Source: an uncultured Gemmatimonadales bacterium (GTDB taxonomy: Bacteria; Gemmatimonadota; Gemmatimonadetes; Longimicrobiales; RSA9). Taken from it: DNA of 64,000 nucleotides. The first letter of the stretch is position 1. Every line of letters starts with the position of its first letter. The translations under genes and the position numbers were made by a program. The notes under the pieces were generated by a model. That model saw only the letters and a list, made by a program, of their open reading frames with translations. It was not told the DNA's origin and searched no databases. Location: contig CAWAMW010000015.1 of the NCBI GenBank assembly GCA_963783305.1, positions 256,001-320,000 of the forward strand, in the 5' to 3' direction. This document shows positions 33,281-42,596 of the stretch, piece after piece.

Positions 33281-35299
33281 TCACCCGCCGATCCGTACTT
33301 CCCGCTCTACGCGTCCGCCGCGGGTGCTGAGGACCTCCACCGTCAGGTCGAACGGGTCGGTTTCCGCCGGCACCCGGACTCGGAACGTGGCCGTGGCCGT
33401 CTCCGCGGGGTCGAGCCAGCCGAGGTCGACGGTCTTGTCGCGGAGCGCGGGCGTGGTGATCTCGGCGGCGGGGTCGTCGCCCTCGGTGAGCTCCTCCGGC
33501 AGCTCCAGCCGGACGCGGTCGGGGCGAACGATCTTGACCAGCTGCGCCTGCCGGAGCGCCGTGGGCAGCCGGCCGGCGTTCCGGATGGTCACGTTGATCT
33601 CCCAGGTGACGCTGTCGGCCGACCCGCCGGCCATACGCACCACGCCTACGTCGGCGATCTCGACCCGCGGCAGGTGCTTGGCCATCTCGAGGTTGAAGAG
33701 CGCCTGCTTCTCGACCCAGCCGCCCATCTGGTCGGCGGGGCCGTTCTGGCTGAAGAACTTGGGGTGGAACCCGCCCATCTCCACCGCGCCCAGCGTGGGG
33801 TGCTGGAACGGCTCCCACTCCCGGAACCCGCGGCCGCCGTTGGACTCATCGTCCCAGACCAGGGCGTCGAAGGAGTCCAGGATCCCGTCGCCGTTGTAGT
33901 CCTCCATGGCGCCGCCGTTCCAGAGCTCGTCGCCGTACCAGATGGCGCCGTAGTAGAAGTAGCCGAAGTCGGGGCCGTGGCCGAAGAGGGGCGCGGGCTC
34001 GGTGGGCTCGCCGGACCAGGGGCTCACGGGGTAGCGGGTCATGTACGTCTCGTACACGTCGCCGGCCCAGGGGTAGTGCGTGATGGAGAGCCCCACGCTG
34101 TCGAAGTACTCGTAGAGCGCCAGGTCCTCCGGGTACATGCGCTCCTCCGAGCCCGACGTGGACGGCGGGCGCAGGTGCATGGGCACGCGCGTGTCCATGG
34201 AGTTGGCGACGGAGACGTGCGGCCGCTGGAGCAGCCACATGACCGTGGCCATGGTCTCCGGCTCGCTCAGCGGGTACGCCCCCGCCCCGGACTGCGTGTA
34301 GCCGCGACCCGTGCGGTCCAGCCCTGTGTCGGGACGCCAGTTCTCCGGGTAGTTCCGGTGCAGGTCCAGCCCGCCGATGCCGTCCTCGTTGTAGTCCCCA
34401 TCGCCGTCATTGTCCACGCCCTCGCCCAGCACCACCCAGTCCCCGTCCTCGTCCGGCCGCGCGCGGCGCATGAGACGCCCGGACCCGTCGCGCTCGTCGA
34501 TCAGGTACTCGGCTTCCATCTCCGCGCCCGGTGAGCCCTCCGGCATGTCGGCCGGCCGGAACCGGATGTCGTAGAGGACACCGTCGCCGTCCAGGTCCTC
34601 CGGTGGGTCCTCGTCCAGGAGGCCGTCGCGGTCGCTGTCGTACGGCCGGACGGTGCTCCGGTTCGCCTGCGCCGTGTGCAGGTAGAGGTTGCTGCCGTCC
34701 GGGTTGTTCTCCGGACGGAGGTAGATCGCGTTGTGGTCGAGCAGCGCGGTGATCTCCGGGTCGTGGTCGTAGCCCTCCAGCAGGTGTCGGATCAGCCAGA
34801 GCACGCTCTCCGACGCCGTCACCTCGCCGCTGTGACGACCGCCCTCGAAGAACGCCGCCGGCTTGTCCAGGTCCGACCCCGTGGCCTCGTTCGTCAGCGT
34901 GACCTGCAGGATCGGACGACCCTCGAAGCTGCGACCCACCTCGTACAGCTCCACCAGCCCCGGGTACCGCTCGTTCCAGCGACGCAGCCACTCGTACATG
35001 ACGTCCGCCGTGTGGTAGCGGTCGAACGTCAGCGACTCCCCCGCCTCGTACTCCACGCCCTCGTGACGCACGCGCGGGAAATAGCTGATGCCGTGGCGGG
35101 TGCCGGACACCGTATACCAGGCGCTGTCGCGCTCCGACTCGGCGACGTACGTCGGGGCCACCGCCGCCATGGATGCCGGCCGGAGCGCGGAGGAGGCCGG
35201 CGCAGGGTCGCCCATGCCGGATTGGGCCGCGCAGGCCGCCGAAATCACGGGAACGGCGAGGATGCTGGCGAGGATCGGGAGACGACGGTGTCTGGACAT
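33281..35299 (-). CDS. M14 zinc carboxypeptidase
   Basis: GRSFEGR, HSGE, NPDG, DLHRNYP, SEPET; Asp-rich DxDxDG motifs. Confidence 0.9.
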   Translation of the reverse strand: MSRHRRLPILASILAVPVISAACAAQSGMGDPAPASSALRPASMAAVAPTYVAESERDSAWYTVSGTRHGISYFPRVRHEGVEYEAGESLTFDRYHTADVMYEWLRRWNERYPGLVELYEVGRSFEGRPILQVTLTNEATGSDLDKPAAFFEGGRHSGEVTASESVLWLIRHLLEGYDHDPEITALLDHNAIYLRPENNPDGSNLYLHTAQANRSTVRPYDSDRDGLLDEDPPEDLDGDGVLYDIRFRPADMPEGSPGAEMEAEYLIDERDGSGRLMRRARPDEDGDWVVLGEGVDNDGDGDYNEDGIGGLDLHRNYPENWRPDTGLDRTGRGYTQSGAGAYPLSEPETMATVMWLLQRPHVSVANSMDTRVPMHLRPPSTSGSEERMYPEDLALYEYFDSVGLSITHYPWAGDVYETYMTRYPVSPWSGEPTEPAPLFGHGPDFGYFYYGAIWYGDELWNGGAMEDYNGDGILDSFDALVWDDESNGGRGFREWEPFQHPTLGAVEMGGFHPKFFSQNGPADQMGGWVEKQALFNLEMAKHLPRVEIADVGVVRMAGGSADSVTWEINVTIRNAGRLPTALRQAQLVKIVRPDRVRLELPEELTEGDDPAAEITTPALRDKTVDLGWLDPAETATATFRVRVPAETDPFDLTVEVLSTRGGRVEREVRIGG

Positions 35300-35437
35300 G
35301 GTGTCGGTGGCTCGGGTCGCGTGGCGGGCAGGCTGTCCGGGGAGGTTGGGGCGGGCGGCGCGCCGGGGCAAGGTGCGGGCGACCGCCACCCGCTGTCCCC
35401 GTCCGCCATTCCCCTGCCCCGGCTGCCGACGTATGGA

Positions 35438-36535
35438 ATGGCCATGGCGACCATTATCCGGATACGGGAGGTCGGCGCGGAGATCGAAGTCGTTCCGGCC
35501 GTATACGACCCGGCCGTCGTCGAGCATCTCAGAACGATCCCCGGCCGGCGCTGGAGCGCACCCGGGCGCGCGTGGCTCATCCCCCGCACCGCGCAGGGGC
35601 TCGACACGATCCTCTCCCTCCCCGGCGTGAAAATCGATCTGGACCCGGCGCTCGTCCACCTCGTCCGGCGGCCGTACGATCCCGTGGCGCCTCGGGAGGA
35701 CGCCACGCTCCAGCTCCTGCGAAGGGTATCCGAGGAGCTGCGGCTGCTCCGCTACAGCCCCCGCACGCGCAAGCTCTACCTGGGCCATCTGCGGCGATTC
35801 CTCGAACGCCACCCCGCGGCCGCCCACGACCTGACAGCGGGCACGGTGCGCCGACACCTCCTGGAGCTCGAGGCCGAGAACCGCTCCACCTCCTACCTGA
35901 ACCAGGCCCTGAGCGCCATCCGGTTCGCCGCTAAGCTCCTGGGCGCCACCGTCCAGATCGAGAGCGTCGGCCGACCCAAACGCCCGCGCCACCTGCCCTC
36001 CGTCCTCTCGCCCCAGGACGTTCGCCGCATCCTCAAGGCACCCCGCCATCCCCGCCACCGCCTCGCCCTCACACTCGCGTATTCCGCCGGGCTCCGCGTG
36101 GGTGAACTCGTGCGCCTGCGCGTCGGGGACGTCGATTCCGATCGGCGGCTCATCCACGTCCACGAAGGCAAAGGCCGCAAGGATCGGTACACTCTTCTGG
36201 CCGAAACAACCGCCAGGGCACTCTACCCTTTCCTGGATGGCGCCGATGCGAACGACTATATATTCCCCGGCGCCCGCACCGGACGCCACCTCACCGTTCG
36301 CAGCATCCAGAAAGTCTTCGAGCGAGCACTGCGCGACTCCGGCGTCCAGAAGCACGCCACGATCCACACGCTGAGGCACAGCTTCGCCACGCACCTGCTT
36401 GAAAATGGCGTGAGCGTGCGGCATATTCAGGAGCTTCTCGGCCACAGCAGCCCCAAGACGACCGAGATCTACACCCACATCGCCCAGAGCGACCTGCGCC
36501 GAATCACCAACCCCCTGGACGCACCGCTCGACTGA
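35438..36535 (+). CDS. Tyrosine recombinase of the cassette array (HARP-like N-terminus, no IntI-specific insertion)
   Basis: YSPRT..Y, AGLRVGE, GKGRKDR, HTLRHSFATHLLE, LLGH, TEIYTH; adjacent to att array. Confidence 0.93.
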   Translation: MAMATIIRIREVGAEIEVVPAVYDPAVVEHLRTIPGRRWSAPGRAWLIPRTAQGLDTILSLPGVKIDLDPALVHLVRRPYDPVAPREDATLQLLRRVSEELRLLRYSPRTRKLYLGHLRRFLERHPAAAHDLTAGTVRRHLLELEAENRSTSYLNQALSAIRFAAKLLGATVQIESVGRPKRPRHLPSVLSPQDVRRILKAPRHPRHRLALTLAYSAGLRVGELVRLRVGDVDSDRRLIHVHEGKGRKDRYTLLAETTARALYPFLDGADANDYIFPGARTGRHLTVRSIQKVFERALRDSGVQKHATIHTLRHSFATHLLENGVSVRHIQELLGHSSPKTTEIYTHIAQSDLRRITNPLDAPLD

Positions 36536-36561
36536 AGGGTGGATTTATTTCGCCTCCATCA

Positions 36562-36644
36562 AACATCTTAGCGAACACCCATTCGCCAGTCTCACCCAAA
36601 GTCACTACATCATGAACTGGGTTTCGCTAATCCTTTAGTTAAGC
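36562..36644 (+). other. attI-like first site (crossover G^TT at 36638)
   Basis: GTTAAGCGCC at 36638 complements the cassette 1 end GGCGCTTAAC (37323-37332); preceded by TTAGCGAA/TTCGCTAA inverted repeat. Confidence 0.75.
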
Positions 36645-37050
36645 GCCATGCGCGCAGATGAAGTCAACTGGAGCTTGGTCAGCGCGAGCCACGGGCATGG
36701 TCGGCTGTCGGAGGTCGCTTGCAGCTGCGTCAGGCGTGCGTTGACAGGACAGAAGCGCGTGGCGGGCCTAGATGGCTTGCCAGACATGCCGGATTCGCGG
36801 CTGACGCGGCATTCGATGCCGGCGAGGTCGGCGCGGAACACGCTGGCACCTGTTCGGACTGCGGTCGCTCGAGTACCGTCGGCCGACGATGCGGACCGGG
36901 CTCGGTGAGCGTTGCGAAGTTTCGAGGACGTTGCGCCTGGAGGTCGCGGAGCGTCGGATCGCGGTCTGGACGCTCCGATGCGTGTGGCGACGCAAGTCAG
37001 CCTGAGCTCCGAACGCCGTGTAGCTGAGCTCGACACGTCGGGGGACGGAA

Positions 37051-37325
37051 GTGAATGTCTTCAGTCCGTGCGGTTCTGACGTTGAATACTGGGTCGATGC
37101 TGAGCCGCCGGTCCTCCGTGCGCTCCGCGAACGGTACACTGAGTTTGGCCTTCCGCCGTACCAGGTCGTCTTCGTAGCGGTGCGCGGGGAGATTGGGCCG
37201 GTGTTGGACTGCGGCTTCTGTACTGAGTACGACGGCAGTTTCAAGGTGGAGGAACTGGTCGAAATGGACTCGCCGGGCACCGGGGAGTGCGAGACCGAGA
37301 TCGGTGGCCACTCAGGGAGAACGGC
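37051..37325 (+). CDS. Cassette 1: hypothetical protein fragment, probably frameshifted
   Basis: FSPCGSDVEYWV...PYQVVFVAVRG; no stop before att1, start unclear. Confidence 0.4.
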
Positions 37326-37478
37326 GCTTAACAAACGGTTGGCGCCTGCGCGGCCTGCGGCCGCTCCGGAGAACCCGCCGCGGCCGTACTGGGCGCTGGT
37401 GAGGGGCGTGAAGTTTCGAAGGCGGTCGCGCGCTGGAGGTTGTCGGAGCGGCGGTTCGCCAACCTGGAAACGTTATAC
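37326..37478 (+). repeat. attC-like site 1
   Basis: GCTTAAC-AAAC-GGTTGGCG...CGCCAACC-TGGAAAC-GTTATAC. Confidence 0.9.
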
Positions 37479-37506
37479 GCCAGGTGAACGAGTATTGGGG
37501 GGTGCG

Positions 37507-37947
37507 GTGACTGAGTACGTTCTCAATGGTTGGCGCGTGGAGCACGACGCCGGTGCCACGACAGAAGCGTTGAAGCGAGCTCAGTATCGGGGCCCTGAGA
37601 GCTGTGGGTGCCTGCCCTGCCAGAACTTCGTCGCAATGCGTTCCGAAGCGTTCCCGCGCGAGTTCATGGAACTGCTCGGTGAGCTGGGAATCCCGCCGGT
37701 TTCGGAAGTCGAGGTCTATCACAACGCACGGCTTGAAAACGGGAGGCACTCCTACGGAGGGTGGTTCCACTTCGTAGGAAGGGTTGTCGAGGGGCCGGAC
37801 GGGGTCGTAGATCTGGGCAACGGTTTCCAGTTCTACTTCCGGAACGACGCCCATCTTATCTCGAAGGAGATAACCGAGCGCCCCGTGGCACAGTTGGAAT
37901 TCTACTGTGAGCTGCGCTGGGGAATCGCAGCCCAGGAGGCGCTGTAG
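37507..37947 (+). CDS. Cassette 2: hypothetical protein with CxCxxC
   Basis: SCGCLPCQNF, YGGWFHFVG; fills the cassette. Confidence 0.75.
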   Translation: MTEYVLNGWRVEHDAGATTEALKRAQYRGPESCGCLPCQNFVAMRSEAFPREFMELLGELGIPPVSEVEVYHNARLENGRHSYGGWFHFVGRVVEGPDGVVDLGNGFQFYFRNDAHLISKEITERPVAQLEFYCELRWGIAAQEAL

Positions 37948-37995
37948 ATCGGCCCTTCGGGGGAGGCGGGAGGGTCGGGAAGGGGTTCACCCGGC

Positions 37996-38145
37996 GTATA
38001 ACAAACGGTTGGCGCCTCCGCTCGCTACGCGCGCTCCGGAGAACCCGCCGCGGCCGTCTGGAAGCTGGTGAGGTGAGTGAAGGTTCGAAGGTGCTCGCGC
38101 GCTGGAGGTGTGGCGCGGCGGGTCGCCAACCTGGAAACGTTAAGC
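37996..38145 (+). repeat. attC-like site 2
   Basis: GTATAAC...GTTAAGC, same architecture. Confidence 0.9.
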
Positions 38146-38157
38146 GGCATTGGCAAC

Positions 38158-38463
38158 ATGCTCAAAGCCAACTTGAAGTTTAGTCGGGACGAACCAGAAC
38201 AGGTGGCTTTTGGAGATCACCTGCGCTGGGTCGAGTTGTCGCCCGTTGACGTTCGACCAACTAGCGCCTTGGCTAAGCCCTTTGAGGTGTTTGCTGAGTT
38301 AGTGAAGGATTCCGTCATACCGGGATTCATTCATGGCGAAGGACGGTTGGAAGAACACGCCGGCACCGATTCATGGACCGTATCGGCTCGATGCCTTGTC
38401 GGCCGACGATTTCACTTCAGTCCCTCGGACAAGGTTCGACGAAGCCCTCGAGGACTGGCTTGA
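38158..38463 (+). CDS. Cassette 3: hypothetical protein (may continue to 38666 via frameshift)
   Basis: ATG 19 nt after the crossover; overlapping ORF to 38666. Confidence 0.5.
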   Translation: MLKANLKFSRDEPEQVAFGDHLRWVELSPVDVRPTSALAKPFEVFAELVKDSVIPGFIHGEGRLEEHAGTDSWTVSARCLVGRRFHFSPSDKVRRSPRGLA

Positions 38464-38706
38464 AGGGGGAGACTGCGCTTCGACTCCGGAGCTCCGATGG
38501 AGGTGAGGGAGAAGGTCAGGTCGATGTTGAGCGCGATCCCCAAAGAAGCGCCGTGTTACGAGCTACAGAAATCGCTTGGACGGAAGCGATCACGAGTTTG
38601 CGTTTGTCCTTTGGGAGTTCAAGGAGTTCTGTTTTCCAGATGAGGCGAATGGTGTGCTCTGGCTAGTGGTTTGGGCTGCGGATTAAGGGTGTCGCGCACC
38701 AACGCC

Positions 38707-38859
38707 GCTTAACAAACGGTTGGCGCCTGCGCGGCCTGCGGCCGCTCCGGAGAACCCGCCGCGGCCGTGCTGGGAGCTGGTGAAGGTTCGTGAAGTTTCG
38801 AAGGCGGTCGCGCGCTGGAGGTATCGGCGCGGCGGGTCGCCAACCTGGAAACGTTAGCC
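38707..38859 (+). repeat. attC-like site 3
   Basis: GCTTAAC...GTTAGCC. Confidence 0.9.
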
Positions 38860-38881
38860 GTCATTCCGCGATAGGAACTGC

Positions 38882-39109
38882 ATGAGTGTTCTGCAGAGGC
38901 TTGAGCACAGGCGATGGGTGGTGTGGGTCGCCTGGCCGATTTCGGCTTTAGTTCTCCCGATCGCGATTGTTCGAACAGTTGCCGCAGTCCGAGGTTGGGG
39001 TCTCTACTACGCGTTGGACTTGGGCAAGGCACTGCAGATGGGGATCATCATGTTTGGGCCTCCGGTGTTGTTTGAAGTACTGGTCAGGAAAGGGCGAAAC
39101 AACGGCTAA
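38882..39109 (+). CDS. Cassette 4: small membrane protein
   Basis: RBS AGGA, two hydrophobic segments, TAA stop inside the TAAC core. Confidence 0.7.
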   Translation: MSVLQRLEHRRWVVWVAWPISALVLPIAIVRTVAAVRGWGLYYALDLGKALQMGIIMFGPPVLFEVLVRKGRNNG

Positions 39110-39253
39110 CAAACGGCCGGCGCCTGCGCTCCCTTCGGTCGCTCCGGAGTACCCGGCCGTCAGGCGAGCGGATGGTTGGAAAGAAGTCGAGTCGGCGGTG
39201 CCCAAGAGTTCTGGAGGGGTGGAGGCCGGGTCGCCAGCCTGGAAACGTTATGT
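39104..39253 (+). repeat. attC-like site 4 (divergent variant)
   Basis: GGCTAAC...GTTATGT; inner stem ACCCGGCC/GGCCGGGT. Confidence 0.85.
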
Positions 39254-39274
39254 GCCACACGCGGTGAGGTACGG

Positions 39275-39727
39275 ATGGGCAGCCGAACAGGGATCGGTGC
39301 GGTGACCAAGAGCAGCGTCGTAGCAAATGCCCAGAGGCTTGAAGAGGCATTCGGTTCGTGGCCCTCGTTCCACGATGCCGAGGTCCTCACCATGCGTTTG
39401 GATCGGTCCGGTGCCGTTGGGCCGACCCTGGACGCTCAGGTCTATGTGTTCGAAATGACCTCCGAGGTCGATGCGGCGGGCTTCTTCGTGTTGAAGAACC
39501 AAGTCGTCGTGAGTTTGAGGTTCTCCAATGTCGCTCTGGAGAGACTCCGCTGGTTCAACGAGCAGAACGCTCTCTCAGAACTATTCATTGATGAGATCCC
39601 TGACGAGTCCAACGAGGGCCGAACTCTAGCCGTTCGTTTTGAGTCCAGTTATGGCGTAGAGGCGAGTTTCCGCTGTGGCGCAATTGAGGTTTTGGAGGTC
39701 GAGCCGTATCGACCGGAAAAGCAGTAA
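39275..39727 (+). CDS. Cassette 5: Imm50-like immunity protein
   Basis: FGSWPSFHDAEV, FNEQNAL, SSYGVEASFRC. Confidence 0.8.
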   Translation: MGSRTGIGAVTKSSVVANAQRLEEAFGSWPSFHDAEVLTMRLDRSGAVGPTLDAQVYVFEMTSEVDAAGFFVLKNQVVVSLRFSNVALERLRWFNEQNALSELFIDEIPDESNEGRTLAVRFESSYGVEASFRCGAIEVLEVEPYRPEKQ

Positions 39728-39752
39728 GGCTGGGGCTTCTGCAGCGTGCGGC

Positions 39753-39903
39753 ACATAACAATCGGTTGGCGCCTGCGCGGCCTACGGCCGCTCCGGAGAA
39801 CCCGCCGCGGCCGGGTAGGTGCTGGTGAGGGAGTGGCAGTTTCGAAGGCGGTCGCGCGCTGGAGGTTTCGGCGCGGCGGCTCGCCAACCTGGAAACGTTA
39901 TCT
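39753..39903 (+). repeat. attC-like site 5
   Basis: ACATAAC...GTTATCT. Confidence 0.9.
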
Positions 39904-39930
39904 GCCAGTCAGCACAGTAAGAGAGATCAG

Positions 39931-40116
39931 ATGCTTTGGGACTTGCTTCAGCAGGTGCAGATCGGGCGAACGGAGCGGCACGCCGTAAATGTTGATGAGC
40001 GGCTTGCGGCTCTGGAGCGGCAGTTGGACAGAAACAGCAAGGTCTTGGTCGAGGTGATCAAATACCTTGAGAAGCGGGATGGCCGTGATCTCGACGGCGA
40101 CGGGAAGATCGGCTGA
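39931..40116 (+). CDS. Cassette 6: 61-aa coiled-coil protein with DLDGDG tail
   Basis: MLWDLLQQVQI...DGRDLDGDGKIG*; fills the cassette. Confidence 0.75.
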   Translation: MLWDLLQQVQIGRTERHAVNVDERLAALERQLDRNSKVLVEVIKYLEKRDGRDLDGDGKIG

Positions 40117-40142
40117 ACTGCCGTGGTACGGGGCTGACCAGC

Positions 40143-40295
40143 AGATAACAAAGGGTTAGCGCCTCCGCTCGGCTGCGCCGAGCTGCGGAGAACCCGCCGC
40201 GGCCGTCTGGAAGCTGGTAAGCGTTGTGAAGATTCGAAGGCGGTTGCGCGCTGGAGGTTACGGCGCGGCGGGTCGCCAACCTGGAAACGTTATAC
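40143..40295 (+). repeat. attC-like site 6
   Basis: AGATAAC...GTTATAC. Confidence 0.9.
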
Positions 40296-40349
40296 GCCAT
40301 TTGGCCACTTGATACCGTCGAGAGGTTCATGGGCTCCTCAGGCGGGAGG

Positions 40350-40862
40350 ATGCGAGGTGAGCTGGTGGCTTTGGGGGTGGCTGTCTTTTGCGCAGCCGGA
40401 TGTGAAGGTCAAGCCGCACCTGTGCCAGAGGTTTCGCGCGAACACCCGGTCATCCCGGTCGATAGCGGCATCGTCAGGATCGAGTCCGGCGGAAGCGTCT
40501 TCCGGATCAACGTTGAAATTGCCGAAACGCGGGAGCAACAGAGCACCGGGCTCATGGAGCGGCGGGCCCTCGCAGCGGACGAAGGCATGTTGTTCCTGTA
40601 CGCCGAGGAGCAAGCCGATTCGGATTCCTTCTACATGTTTCGAACGAGAATTCCACTAGCGATCGCCTTCGCCGATTCAACGGGTCAAATTGTGGCGACG
40701 CGGGAGATGGAGCCCTGCCCTCACCCGGTTGCCGATTGGTGCGAGCAGTACGCCCCTGGGAGTTCGTACCGCTCAGCCCTCGAAGTAAATGGTGGTTACT
40801 TTGACAGCAAAGGCATCGGTGTCGGGGACCGAATCGTTCTTGAAAAGAGGTTCGGGCAGTGA
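40350..40862 (+). CDS. Cassette 7: DUF192 lipoprotein
   Basis: Lipobox AAGC, VEIAET, GLMER, GMLF, ALEVNGG, GIGVGD. Confidence 0.88.
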   Translation: MRGELVALGVAVFCAAGCEGQAAPVPEVSREHPVIPVDSGIVRIESGGSVFRINVEIAETREQQSTGLMERRALAADEGMLFLYAEEQADSDSFYMFRTRIPLAIAFADSTGQIVATREMEPCPHPVADWCEQYAPGSSYRSALEVNGGYFDSKGIGVGDRIVLEKRFGQ

Positions 40863-40878
40863 AAGAGGGCCAAACGGC

Positions 40879-41029
40879 ATATAACAAACGGTTGGCGCCT
40901 CCGCTCGCTGCGCGAGCTCCGGAGAACCCGCCGCGGCCGTCTGGGAGCTGGTGAGGGGCGTGCGGTTTCGAAGGTGATCGCGCGCTGGAGGTTGTGGCGC
41001 GGCGGGTCGCCAACCTGGAAACGTTAAGC
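40879..41029 (+). repeat. attC-like site 7
   Basis: ATATAAC...GTTAAGC. Confidence 0.9.
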
Positions 41030-41041
41030 GCAATTCCGGAC

Positions 41042-41365
41042 ATGAAAACTGCTTGGGTTCTGATCGTGGGTGGCCTGCTCCTCATCGTAGGGGCTTACGC
41101 TGCCTGGAAGAACCAGATGGACTGGGGCCTTCGTGAGTGCTGTAATACAGGATCGATCGGGCCTGATCTACTCATGTTCGGAATGCCATTCCTAATCGGA
41201 GCGCTCTTGTTCTGGTCGGGTTGGGGTTGGCGGCAGTGCGTGCGTGGCGGCGAGATTCGAGGATACTGTAAGGCAGACGCCGGAACTGCGCTTAACAAAC
41301 GGTTGGCGCCTGCGCGGCCTGCGGCCGCTCCGGAGAACCCGCCGCGGCCGTCTGGGAGCTGGTGA
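41042..41365 (+). CDS. Cassette 8: small membrane protein (reads into att8)
   Basis: MKTAWVLIVGGLLLIVG..., two TM segments. Confidence 0.6.
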   Translation: MKTAWVLIVGGLLLIVGAYAAWKNQMDWGLRECCNTGSIGPDLLMFGMPFLIGALLFWSGWGWRQCVRGGEIRGYCKADAGTALNKRLAPARPAAAPENPPRPSGSW

Positions 41366-41441
41366 AGGTTCGTGAGGTTTCGAAGGCGGTCGCGCGCTGG
41401 AGGTATCGGCGCGGCGGGTCGCCAACCTGGAAACGTTAAGC
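41290..41441 (+). repeat. attC-like site 8
   Basis: GCTTAAC...GTTAAGC. Confidence 0.9.
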
Positions 41442-41491
41442 GCCATGCTCGACTGTCTGCCCGGGGTGCGATGGTCTCGGAGTGGAGGGCG

Positions 41492-41806
41492 ATGAGGAAG
41501 GTTTATTGGACTGCGTACGCCCGGGGCGATCACTACCTAGCTACTCAACAGGTGCTCGATCGGATCAGCGCGTGGGGTATTCTAGCCCAGGTGAATCGGT
41601 ATTCAGACCTGATGGTCAGTGCGGTGGTCGAGGTCGCGGAGGAACGTCTCGGACCCCTGCTTGCCGCGCTTGAAGAAATTGTTGCAGTCGAGCAGGTGGA
41701 AGATCAGGTAGTGGGCCCAGACCACCCCTGCATGGTCTACTTGAACGTGCGCATGCAGGACGGCAAAGGCGATCTGAGTATCGAGACACCGGCTGTGCCC
41801 GGCTAG
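41492..41806 (+). CDS. Cassette 9: hypothetical protein
   Basis: RBS GGAGG; MRKVYWTAY...GKGDLSIETPAVPG*. Confidence 0.75.
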   Translation: MRKVYWTAYARGDHYLATQQVLDRISAWGILAQVNRYSDLMVSAVVEVAEERLGPLLAALEEIVAVEQVEDQVVGPDHPCMVYLNVRMQDGKGDLSIETPAVPG

Positions 41807-41835
41807 GGAGCGTGAGCCCGAGGTGGTCGCACGGC

Positions 41836-41986
41836 GCTTAACAAACGGTTGGCGCCTGCGCGGCCTGCGGCCGCTCCGGAGAACCCGCCGCGGCCGTCTG
41901 GAAGCTGGTGAGGGTCGTGAAGTTTCGAAGGCGGTCGCGCGCTGGAGGTTTCGGCGCGGCGGGTCGCCAACCTGGAAACGTTAACC
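41836..41986 (+). repeat. attC-like site 9
   Basis: GCTTAAC...GTTAACC. Confidence 0.9.
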
Positions 41987-42050
41987 GCCATGTTCCGCTC
42001 GAGGCTTCTGTAGCAGATTAGGGTAGAGAATTCTACGTAGGGGGTCGCCC

Positions 42051-42275
42051 ATGTCTAATGTGCCAATCGAAGAGCTTCTGAAGCTGTCTGTTGCGGAGCG
42101 GATTCAGTTGGTGGAGGACCTGTGGGACAGCATCGCTGCGGACGCCGACGATTTCCCGCTGACTGACGCGCAAAAGGCGGAGTTGGACCGCCGGCTGGAA
42201 GAGCACGAGGCGGACCCAGGCTCCGCAATACCCTGGGCAGAGGTTCGGGAGCGGCTTTACAAGAAGTACGGGTGA
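42051..42275 (+). CDS. Cassette 10: addiction module antitoxin (TIGR02574-like)
   Basis: LSVAERIQLVEDLWDSI, ELDRR, PWAEV. Confidence 0.9.
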   Translation: MSNVPIEELLKLSVAERIQLVEDLWDSIAADADDFPLTDAQKAELDRRLEEHEADPGSAIPWAEVRERLYKKYG

Positions 42276-42568
42276 ATCGCCGGTTTGAAGTCCGACCGCA
42301 GGCGGACGCGGAGCTCGATGAGGCGGCCGCCTGGTACGCAGCTCGATCGCGGGGACTCGGAGCAGAATTCGTTCGGGTGATTGATGCAGCGTTCGCGTCG
42401 ATCGAGAGGAATCCGCGGCAGTTTCCGGTCGTGTACAAGGACTTCCGGAGGGCCGTCGTCCGGCGCTTTCCATATGCAATCCTATTTACCGTATCGGAAC
42501 CCGAGATCGTCATTTGGTCGGTCTTCCACTCCCGGCGTGATCCGAAGCGGTGGCAGAGCCGCGGTTGA
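42272..42568 (+). CDS. Cassette 10: RelE/ParE family toxin
   Basis: ADAELDEAAAWY, GLGAEF, RRFPY, VFHSRRDP; GTGA overlap with the antitoxin. Confidence 0.9.
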   Translation: MNRRFEVRPQADAELDEAAAWYAARSRGLGAEFVRVIDAAFASIERNPRQFPVVYKDFRRAVVRRFPYAILFTVSEPEIVIWSVFHSRRDPKRWQSRG

Positions 42569-42596
42569 TAGCCTCTGGAGGCTGGCAGAACACGGC

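Noticed and set aside
35300..36478. N-terminal extension of the 1065-aa ORF 33281-36478
   Set aside because: It is the antisense shadow of the recombinase; the peptidase signal peptide starts at 35299.
35438..36535. Housekeeping XerC/XerD or canonical intI
   Set aside because: Extra N-terminal domain and direct link to the array argue against XerC/D; the IntI insertion is absent, so no symbol is given.
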